Positions 56,710 to 64,000 of a stretch of DNA of 64,000 nt are shown here, in pieces; position 1 is the stretch's first letter; every line of letters starts with the position of its first letter. The DNA comes from an uncultured Pseudomonadota bacterium. Lineage in GTDB: Bacteria; Oederibacteriota; Muellerivitia; Muellerivitales; Muellerivitaceae. The notes under the pieces are model-generated. The model ran no database searches. It was not told where the DNA came from and was given only the letters and a program-made list of their open reading frames with translations. The position numbers and the translations under genes are program-made. The stretch covers positions 102,396 through 166,395 of the forward strand of contig CAWJKT010000015.1 in assembly GCA_963843375.1 (NCBI GenBank). The letters run 5' to 3'.

Positions 56710-59125
56710 ATGAGAAGCGAAATATCTTGGGTGAAAAAATTCGAGAAAGTGGGCATACAGGACATTCCCCTGGTGGGGGGCAAGAACGCCTCCCTTGGGG
56801 AAATGACCCAAAACTTAGCCCAGGCCGGGGTCAAGGTGCCCGAAGGGTTCGCCATCACCTCCAAGGCCTATTGGGACATCCTGGAACAAAACCACCTGGC
56901 TGGCGCGCTGGATCACCTGGCCGAAGAAGCGGAGAAGAGCCCAAAAAAATTAAAGACCGTGGGAAAGGCCGCGCGGGGGCTCCTGCTTCACGCCCAATTT
57001 CCCCATGGAACTCACCTTGGAGATCCGTCGAGCCTATCGTGAACTTTGCGAGAAGGCGGGGGACGGGAACCTGGCGGTGGCCGTGCGGTCTTCCGCCACC
57101 GCCGAGGACTTGCCGGATGCCAGCTTCGCCGGACAGCAGGAAACCTTCCTTAATGTAAGGGGCGAAAAGGCGCTTCTGGACGCCTGCCGCAAATGCTACG
57201 CCTCGCTCTTCACCGACCGGGCCATCAGTTACCGAATCGAGAAGGGCTATTCCCACACCAAGGTGGCCTTGTCCATCGGCGTCCAACGCATGGTGCGCTC
57301 CGACATCGGAAGTTCCGGCGTCATGTTTTCCATCGATACCGACAGCGGGTTTCCCAAGGTGGTCCTCATCAACGCGGCCTTCGGATTGGGGGAGACGGTG
57401 GTGCAAGGCGAGGTGGACCCGGACGAATACATGGTCTTCAAACCCCTTTTGGAAAACCCAGACCTGATTCCCATCCTGGAAAAAAAACGCGGGGGCAAGA
57501 AGGTCAAGATGGTTTATCGCCCAGGGGGTGAAGGCACCCGGCTTAAAAAAACAAGCCCCAAAGAACAAACGAGCTATCGTTTTGACCAACACGGAAATCC
57601 TCCAACTGGCCAAATGGGCCGTCCTGGTGGAAAACCATTATGGCAAACCCATGGACATGGAATGGGCCAAGGACGGAAAGACCGGGGAACTTTACATGGT
57701 GCAGGCCCGGCCTGAGACGGTGCAATCCCGCAAAAAGGTCGGGGTGTTGAAGAAGTACAGTTTGAAGGAAAAGGGCCAGGTTCTTCTGACCGGCATGGCG
57801 GTGGGGGACGGCATCGCCGCCGGGCCCGTTTGCCGGGTCAAGAGCGCCAAGGAAATCGGAAAATTCAAGGAAGGCTCCATCCTCGTGGCCGAGATGACCG
57901 ACCCGGACTGGGTGCCCATCATGAAAAAGGCGAAAGGCATCATCACGGACCATGGGGGCCGCACCTGCCACGCCGCCATCGTGAGCCGGGAACTGGGCAT
58001 CCCGGCGGTCGTGGGAACGGCCCGGGCGACCCATATCCTCAAAAGCGGCCAACCGGTTACCCTTTCCTGCGCCGAAGGGCTGCAGGGCGAGGTGTACCAG
58101 GGGGAACTGCCCTTCGAGGAAAAGGAAATCCGGCTGGACCAAATGGCCGACACCAAGACCCAGATATTGATGAACATCGCCAGCCCCGACGCGGCCTTCC
58201 AATGGTGGCACCTCCCGGTCAAGGGCATCGGCCTGGCCCGGATGGAATTCCTGGTGAGCGACACCATCAAGGTCCATCCCATGGCCCTGGTGAATTTCCA
58301 AAAACTCAAGGACAAGAAGGCCAAGCGGCAAATCGCCGAAATCACCCAGGGCTACAAGGACAAGACCGAATATTTCGTGGATAAGCTTTCCCGGGGGCTC
58401 TGCCAAATCGCGGCCACCCAATATCCCTATCCGGTCATCGTGCGCTTGAGCGACTTCAAGACCAATGAATACGCCAACCTCATCGGGGGGGCTCCCTTTG
58501 AGCCGAAGGAAGAAAACCCCATGATCGGCTGGCGGGGAGCGTCCCGTTACTACAGCCCGGGTTACCAGCCGGGTTTTGAGCTGGAATGCAAGGCCTTAAA
58601 GCGGGCGCGGGAGGTGATTGGGCTGGACAACATTATCGTCATGGTGCCCTTCTGCCGGACCACGGGGGAAGCGGACAAGGTTTTGGCGGTAATGGAAAGC
58701 CAGGGCTTGAAGCGGGGAGAGAAGGGTTTGAAGGTTTACGTGATGTGCGAGATTCCCGCCAATGTCATCCTGGCCGAGGAATTCGCCAAGCGCTTCGACG
58801 GTTTTTCCATCGGTTCCAACGACTTGACCCAATTGACCCTGGGAGTGGACCGGGACTCGGGGGTGTCTGAGCAAGCTTTTCGACGAGCAGGATGAGGCGG
58901 TCAAGCATTCCATCGCGGAAGTCATCCGCCGCTGCCGGGCCACTGGCACCAAGATCGGCATTTGCGGCCAGGCTCCCAGCGACCATCCGGATTTCGCGGC
59001 TTTTCTGGTGCGAGTGCGGCATCGATTCCATTTCGCTTAATCCTGATTCGGTAGCGGCGGCTTTGAAAAGCGTGGAGGAACAGGAGGCGAAGCAACAGAA
59101 GAACCAGGGTAAGGAGTCAAAATGA
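56710..59125 (+). CDS. ppsA: Phosphoenolpyruvate synthase (several frameshifts)
   Basis: VGGKNASLGEM, AVRSSATAEDLPDASFAGQQ, GGRTCHAAIVSRE, FSIGSNDLTQL. Confidence 0.96.
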
Positions 59126-59268
59126 ATAAACAATGGCACTTGCGAAACAAAATTCCGAAAAATGCAAATGCCCAACGAAGATGGCATGAAAAACACGCCG
59201 AATATTGTGGTTGCCGGCCCATTCCCAAAAGTTTATTAAAGGAGGTTGAAAATAAAAAAGAAAAATGA
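59122..59268 (+). CDS. Small His/Cys-rich hypothetical protein (48 aa), absent from the ORF track
   Basis: AAGGAG RBS, ATGA overlap with ppsA; MNKQWHLRNKIPKNANAQRRWHEKHAEYCGCRPIPKSLLKEVENKKEK. Confidence 0.7.
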   Translation: MNKQWHLRNKIPKNANAQRRWHEKHAEYCGCRPIPKSLLKEVENKKEK

Positions 59269-59317
59269 TTTTTAGAAACTAGAAGGAGGATGCCATGAAA
59301 ACCAATGTCGGAAACAA

Positions 59318-60085
59318 ATGGGCCAAGCAGTTAACCGAATGGATCGGCGATGCTTGCTTTGGTTGTTTGGAAAATTCTTATATTCCTCGCTGGTTGCGAA
59401 GGAAAACATCCACGATGTTCGAAAAAAGCGGACCCAATCTTCGCCTAAACCCGCCCATACTCCCAATGGAACCCGCGAGCCCAAAAATTCAAGATGGGGA
59501 ATCGGTGTTTTTTTGCTGGTCGCGCTTTTACCAGTCTTCCCGGCCCTGGCCCAGGACTTGGCCCCCGACCAAAAGTGGATTGAGCAGGCCGATGCCGGTT
59601 TTGCCATACCCGCAAGTACAAATGTCGCCTCGGTTTTCAATGTCGGCATAGGCGGCGATATTCTGGTGGGTTACCGTTTCGATCGCAATTTCAGTTTATC
59701 CACTGACTTGGGTTATTTCCAATGCGACCAAAAAGGGGGTGATGGAGCATGGGTGTATGTGCCGTTAATGGAAGTGGCCCGCTACAACTTCGGTTCCGGA
59801 AAAGTACGTCCATATGTGATTTTGGGAATGGGGGCGGTTTTCAATAGTTACACCCAATCCCTTCTAAATATGAGTCAGGCTTTGAATTTGTCCCATCAAG
59901 AAACCGATTTTTTTCTGTCCCCTGGCGCGGGGGTCTTGTTTGTCGTTTTCAGTGACGCCGCCGTTTATCTCCAAGCCAGGATGGATTTGAATTTTACGTC
60001 AGGTAACCCCATGAACAGCCCAGCCATGGACAACCCTTCCATTTTCATTCCTTTGAAGGCTGGCATGAGTTTTTTTGTACTGTGA
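59318..60085 (+). CDS. Small outer-membrane beta-barrel (OmpA/OmpW-like); start uncertain, possibly 59295
   Basis: Signal ..PVFPALA-Q, VRPYVILGMGA, amphipathic strands. Confidence 0.7.
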   Translation: MGQAVNRMDRRCLLWLFGKFLYSSLVAKENIHDVRKKRTQSSPKPAHTPNGTREPKNSRWGIGVFLLVALLPVFPALAQDLAPDQKWIEQADAGFAIPASTNVASVFNVGIGGDILVGYRFDRNFSLSTDLGYFQCDQKGGDGAWVYVPLMEVARYNFGSGKVRPYVILGMGAVFNSYTQSLLNMSQALNLSHQETDFFLSPGAGVLFVVFSDAAVYLQARMDLNFTSGNPMNSPAMDNPSIFIPLKAGMSFFVL

Positions 60086-60105
60086 AGGAAGAAGAAACAA
60101 AACCC

Positions 60106-60121
60106 TATGACTGTGGTCATA
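60106..60121. promoter_or_regulatory. Second Crp/Fnr-type palindrome
   Basis: TATGAC-TGTG-GTCATA with -10-like TAACAT at 60143-60148. Confidence 0.7.
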
Positions 60122-60174
60122 AAGGGTTTCCTTTGAACGACCTAACATAAAGTTGAATAGATAAGAGGTGCCTC

Positions 60175-60516
60175 ATGGCGTATCCAAAAGAATCCTCAGA
60201 AAAGAACCAAACAGGTTTTTTTCAAGCGGCGGGAAAAGCATTTGATTTCCTCACAGCAATTCGTCTTTTTTTTGCTGAAATCAAGGAATCTTTCGCGCGG
60301 CATTGGGATTGGTTCCTTCGACGAGTGGAGTATCTATTCGTCGTTTACTTGTGGATTTCAGTAGGAATTCTTTTGATGGTCTTGGGAATATTCGATCTTC
60401 TTATTGACTATTGTCGGATTCCGCGGGGAGTGGTTTTTTCTTTTGGCGGGTTGGTGATTCTGTTGGTTGCGGTTATTTTTTTACAGGCGGCTAAAATGAA
60501 AAGACAAGGGAAATAA
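60175..60516 (+). CDS. Small two-TM membrane protein (YqjE/holin-like layout)
   Basis: Two hydrophobic segments, basic tail, GAGGTG RBS; next to a YqjD-like gene. Confidence 0.65.
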   Translation: MAYPKESSEKNQTGFFQAAGKAFDFLTAIRLFFAEIKESFARHWDWFLRRVEYLFVVYLWISVGILLMVLGIFDLLIDYCRIPRGVVFSFGGLVILLVAVIFLQAAKMKRQGK

Positions 60517-60534
60517 AATAAAAAGGGGGAAATT

Positions 60535-60885
60535 ATGGCGCTCAAAGATAAGGCTTCGGCAGCGTGGAGCGATCTGAAGCAAAAATTACAGGATAAGGAG
60601 AACCAACGTCGGGTGAAGGAAGAAATTGAAAGACGACTGAAACAAGGCCGGGAAGCTTTTGACCGCATCGAAAAAGAACTCAAAGATCCCGAGAATGAAG
60701 CTAGGGTAGAAAATAAAATATTTGACGCTCGGGAGAAGTTGAGAAAAGCGAAGGCCCAGTTCAACGAAAAAAAGGCACGGGCCGTTGCCTACACCAAAGA
60801 TAATCCCGAAAAGGCCTTGGTGATTGCGGCGGCGGCGGGTGCTTTAGCCGGAACCCTATGGACTGTTTTCAAAAGCAAAAAGTAG
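60535..60885 (+). CDS. DUF883/ElaB/YqjD-like tail-anchored protein
   Basis: Charged helical body ending YTKDNPEKALVIAAAAGALAG. Confidence 0.7.
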   Translation: MALKDKASAAWSDLKQKLQDKENQRRVKEEIERRLKQGREAFDRIEKELKDPENEARVENKIFDAREKLRKAKAQFNEKKARAVAYTKDNPEKALVIAAAAGALAGTLWTVFKSKK

Positions 60886-60897
60886 GAAGGTGGAAAC

Positions 60898-61092
60898 ATG
60901 AGAAAAACCCAGACTAAAAAACAAAACGGGTTTTTGGATCCCAAACAGTCAAATCCTTCTCATGGTCAGTTGAGAGAAGCGGCATATTATCGCTGGTTGG
61001 AGCGGGGGATGCCCGAAGGGGAAGGGTTGGAAGATTGGTTTGAGGTGGAGAATAAGTGGAGGGACAATATTGTTCCTTCCCGAAATGATTGA
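60898..61092 (+). CDS. DUF2934-domain protein
   Basis: REAAYYRWLERGMPEGEGLEDWFEVE. Confidence 0.8.
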   Translation: MRKTQTKKQNGFLDPKQSNPSHGQLREAAYYRWLERGMPEGEGLEDWFEVENKWRDNIVPSRND

Positions 61093-61149
61093 AATCACCC
61101 TTCGAACCCATTGAAAAGTTCAGGGAAAAATGCAAGTAAGGAGGATGAG

Positions 61150-61362
61150 ATGACAATGACGAAGGAAAGTAAAAAGGTGTCCAAGCATTCAGGGGCGAGG
61201 AAGCCGGTTGAACTAATGACTAGGCAAGACCTTGAAATGGCGGCTTATTTCCATTGGCTGGGCCGGGGATGCCCCAGCGATGACGCCCTGACGGACTGGA
61301 TCGCGGTTGAGAATAAATGGGGTTTGGAAGCTATTTCTGACAAGATGGATGTTCAGGCCTGA
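61150..61362 (+). CDS. DUF2934-domain protein
   Basis: MAAYFHWLGRGCPSDDALTDWIAVE; AAGGAGG RBS. Confidence 0.8.
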   Translation: MTMTKESKKVSKHSGARKPVELMTRQDLEMAAYFHWLGRGCPSDDALTDWIAVENKWGLEAISDKMDVQA

Positions 61363-61382
61363 AAGCGAATAAAGGAGGGCTC

Positions 61383-61721
61383 ATGAAAATCGAATTGATG
61401 GATAAATTCAAATGGCGCATGGCCAAGTGGTTGTGGGCCCCGCCGGGGGATATGCCCGTGTCCGACAAGAAATACGCCGATTGGATCAAACCTGCGGGAA
61501 AACCGGTCAAAAACAAACGGCAGCGCCAACCGTTGACGGGCCGTGGAAATCCTCCAGGTGGAACAAAGCCCATTGAGGAATTTTACCACCGTGGGGCCTA
61601 CTCCCAGCATGAAGTACGGGCGCACCATATGCCCAAAGTGGCATTACCTTACCGGGGCAAGGGAGCCAAAATCGAAAGGCGTTCCACCCGAAGCCGAAAC
61701 CGACGGGCGGAAGGGAAGTAA
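61383..61721 (+). CDS. Basic hypothetical protein
   Basis: AAGGAGG RBS; fills the gap in the operon. Confidence 0.55.
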   Translation: MKIELMDKFKWRMAKWLWAPPGDMPVSDKKYADWIKPAGKPVKNKRQRQPLTGRGNPPGGTKPIEEFYHRGAYSQHEVRAHHMPKVALPYRGKGAKIERRSTRSRNRRAEGK

Positions 61722-61724
61722 GTT

Positions 61725-62330
61725 ATGCATCACATCATGGCAAAGTTCTGGTGGATATTAGCTGCCCGTGGAATTTTAGGGATACTTTTGGGATTGGCAG
61801 CCATAGGGTGGATCATAACTTTGAATGGATATTATCCCGATGGTTTCGGGTTGTCTCTATTCGCCAAATGGGCGACGATTGTCGCAACATTGGTTTTGGT
61901 TTTGGGCCTTTACGCCTTTTTGGACGGACTCTTCGCCATTCTTTTGGGAGTCCAGGATTATGGCGATGGCCGTCGCTGGTGGGCCCTGATTATGGAAGGG
62001 CTTTTGAGTATAGAATTGGGAATTCTCGCCTGGCTTAAGCCTGAATCGGCTGTATTGGTGCTTCTCTACTGGGTGGCCGGCTGGGCTTTTTTCACTGGTT
62101 TCCTTGAAATCTTTCAATCCGTTGACCTGAATGAATATAGAGAAAGAAGGCGCCCCCTTCTTTTCGCAGGACTCTGCTCGGTGGTGTTTGGGGTTTTGAT
62201 TTTGGTATTCCGCGAGGGTGGAATAACCCTTGTCTGGCTTATGGGAGCTTATGCTTTCTTATTTGGCATTCCCCTCCTTTCTTTTGCCTTCCGTTTGCGT
62301 GGTTTTACACGAGTTCCACACCAGGCCTGA
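61725..62330 (+). CDS. HdeD/DUF308-family membrane protein
   Basis: WWILAARGILGILLG, GLYAFLDG, WLMGAYAFLFG. Confidence 0.85.
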   Translation: MHHIMAKFWWILAARGILGILLGLAAIGWIITLNGYYPDGFGLSLFAKWATIVATLVLVLGLYAFLDGLFAILLGVQDYGDGRRWWALIMEGLLSIELGILAWLKPESAVLVLLYWVAGWAFFTGFLEIFQSVDLNEYRERRRPLLFAGLCSVVFGVLILVFREGGITLVWLMGAYAFLFGIPLLSFAFRLRGFTRVPHQA

Positions 62331-62455
62331 ACTTATTGCGATTCCCCAAAACCAGGGTTTATTCCAATTTTTTTCATCTTTCCCTTGTGAGATAGCAAAC
62401 TAAAACAGTAAAATTTTCACTCTGTTTTATAGTCCTGTCCGGGAAAGTCCTGCCA

Positions 62456-63661
62456 TTGAAGAAAAAAAAGATCAAAAAAACGGCTCTTAAGCACACAGCC
62501 CAACCCAAAGCCTTTTTCGAGGCTGATAAAAACCTGAGAAATGAAGGCCAAGTGGACCGGTTTAAGGGTGTCCTCGAAGCTGCCCCTGACGCCATGGTTA
62601 TTGTGGGAAAGGATGGAAAGATCATCCTAGTGAACGCCCAAACCGAAATCCTTTTCGGTTATAACCGGGAAGAATTGCTTGGTAAGCCCATCGAAGTCCT
62701 TATCCCAGAGCGTTTTCGGGCTCATCATCCCGGCCAACGGAGCGGTTATTTCGCCTCTCCCAATGTAAGGCCTATGGGCCTCGGGCTTGATCTTTACGCT
62801 CTTCGAAGGGATGGCACTGAATTTCCAGCGGAAATCAGCCTGAGTCCAATAGAGACACCGGATGGAATTTTTGCCACCGCCGCCATCCGAGACATTACCG
62901 AGCGCAAAAGGCAAATGGAGGAAGAAAATCGACGTATGCAGGAGGCAAGCCGGCTCAAGAGCGAATTTCTGGCCAATATGTCCCATGAGCTCCGCACTCC
63001 CTTGAACGCCATCATCGGGTTTTCTGAACTGATGTACCATGAAAAGGTCGGACCGATTTCGGAAGAACACAAGGAATATCTGGGTGATATCCTCACCAGT
63101 GCCCGTCACCTTCTCCAACTCATTAACGACGTCTTGGACCTGACCAAGGTAGAAGCTGGTAAGATGGTGTTCCGCCCTGAAATCCTAGACCTTGCCAAAG
63201 TCACCGGTGAGGTGAAAGATATCCTGAGGGGATTGGCCAGCCCGAAAGGCATCCAGGTGGATGTTCAAATCGACCCCCTCCTCACAAAAGTGATTTTGGA
63301 TGGTTCGAAATTCAAGCAAGTGCTTTACAACTACCTGTCGAATGCCCTCAAATTCACCCCTGATCAAGGTCGTGTCACCATTCACCTGAAACCCCTCGAA
63401 AAAACCATGTTCCGCCTCGAAGTCGAAGACACGGGTGTCGGGATCAAACGGGAAGACCTCCACAAACTTTTTGTCGAATTCCAACAATTGGATGCGGGTT
63501 CAGCCAAAAAATATGCCGGAACAGGACTTGGCTTGGCCCTCACCAAACGAATCGTGGAAGCTCAGGGAGGAAAGGTGGGTGTCCGAAGCGAGTTTGGGAA
63601 AGGAAGCGTATTTTTCGCAGAATTCCCCTTAGAAATGAAGGGGGTGTCAGGTGGCCGGTGA
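62456..63661 (+). CDS. Cytoplasmic PAS-domain histidine kinase
   Basis: [39 protein letters not shown]. Confidence 0.93.
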   Translation: MKKKKIKKTALKHTAQPKAFFEADKNLRNEGQVDRFKGVLEAAPDAMVIVGKDGKIILVNAQTEILFGYNREELLGKPIEVLIPERFRAHHPGQRSGYFASPNVRPMGLGLDLYALRRDGTEFPAEISLSPIETPDGIFATAAIRDITERKRQMEEENRRMQEASRLKSEFLANMSHELRTPLNAIIGFSELMYHEKVGPISEEHKEYLGDILTSARHLLQLINDVLDLTKVEAGKMVFRPEILDLAKVTGEVKDILRGLASPKGIQVDVQIDPLLTKVILDGSKFKQVLYNYLSNALKFTPDQGRVTIHLKPLEKTMFRLEVEDTGVGIKREDLHKLFVEFQQLDAGSAKKYAGTGLGLALTKRIVEAQGGKVGVRSEFGKGSVFFAEFPLEMKGVSGGR

Positions 63662-64000
63662 AACTATCCTGATCGTGGATGACAGCCCTATTAATTTGAA
63701 GTTGGTGAAGGTGTTACTGATCAGGGAAGGATACCAGGTCCTAACCGCCACTGACGCGGAGGAGGGTTTAAAAACCATCCAGGTCTCCAAGCCCCGATTG
63801 ATCCTCATGGACATTCAGCTACCCGGCATGGATGGACTGGAATTGACTAGGAGGCTCAAAGCCTCCCCTGAAACTTCGGACATTAAGGTGGTGGCCTTGA
63901 CCGCTTACGCCATGAAAGGTGACGAGGAAAAAGCAAGGGCGGCGGGCTGCGATGGTTATATTACCAAACCTATCGATACTCAGGCCCTACCGGGGTTGAT
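63651..64000 (+). CDS. Response regulator receiver (DivK/CheY-like), truncated by the window end
   Basis: [50 protein letters not shown]. Confidence 0.92.
   Translation, partial: MAGETILIVDDSPINLKLVKVLLIREGYQVLTATDAEEGLKTIQVSKPRLILMDIQLPGMDGLELTRRLKASPETSDIKVVALTAYAMKGDEEKARAAGCDGYITKPIDTQALPGL

Noticed and set aside
56855..58421. Long antisense ORFs within ppsA (similarly within gap, uvrB and GH94)
   Set aside because: By-products of codon bias; no RBS or recognisable motifs
61084..61099. AATGAT-TGAA-ATCACC as a third Crp/Fnr box
   Set aside because: Half-sites differ from the other two, there is no -10 at the matching distance, and it overlaps a stop codon
53547..64000. Prophage or ICE at tRNA-Val
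   Set aside because: No integrase, phage or conjugation genes and no att duplication in the window; the holin-like gene fits a YqjE-type stress context

Overview
64 kb of chromosome from a diderm (LPS-making) bacterium with canonical sigma70 promoters and Shine-Dalgarno sites, so probably not Bacteroidota. The assembly carries many single-base indels (lpxC, gap, tpiA, argC, uvrB, uvrC, ppsA and others), so split ORFs are mostly artefacts. Core genes: lipid A/LPS export (lpxC-fabZ, apparently fused; lpxA, lpxI, lptFG), gap-nfeD-SPFH-pgk-tpiA-secG, lnt, argC-like, cyclophilin, uvrBC, rph-rdgB and seven tRNAs. The most notable locus (5.6-18.6 kb) is a LytS/LytTR pair, then a ~2000-aa homologue of the type IX secretion translocon SprA, then a ~1550-aa Fn3/Pro-Thr-rich protein ending in a T9SS-like/FlgD-Ig C-terminal domain: a candidate T9SS-like export module outside Bacteroidota. 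Other points: glycan-use genes (CBM9-like plus clan GH-A hydrolase, GH94, two LacI); a sigma54-driven PT-rich lipoprotein and an NtrC-type operon; and an accessory block after tRNA-Val where a TATGAC-N4-GTCATA Crp/Fnr-type box sits at -41.5 of three predicted promoters. All calls come from reading motifs by eye; no database search was run.
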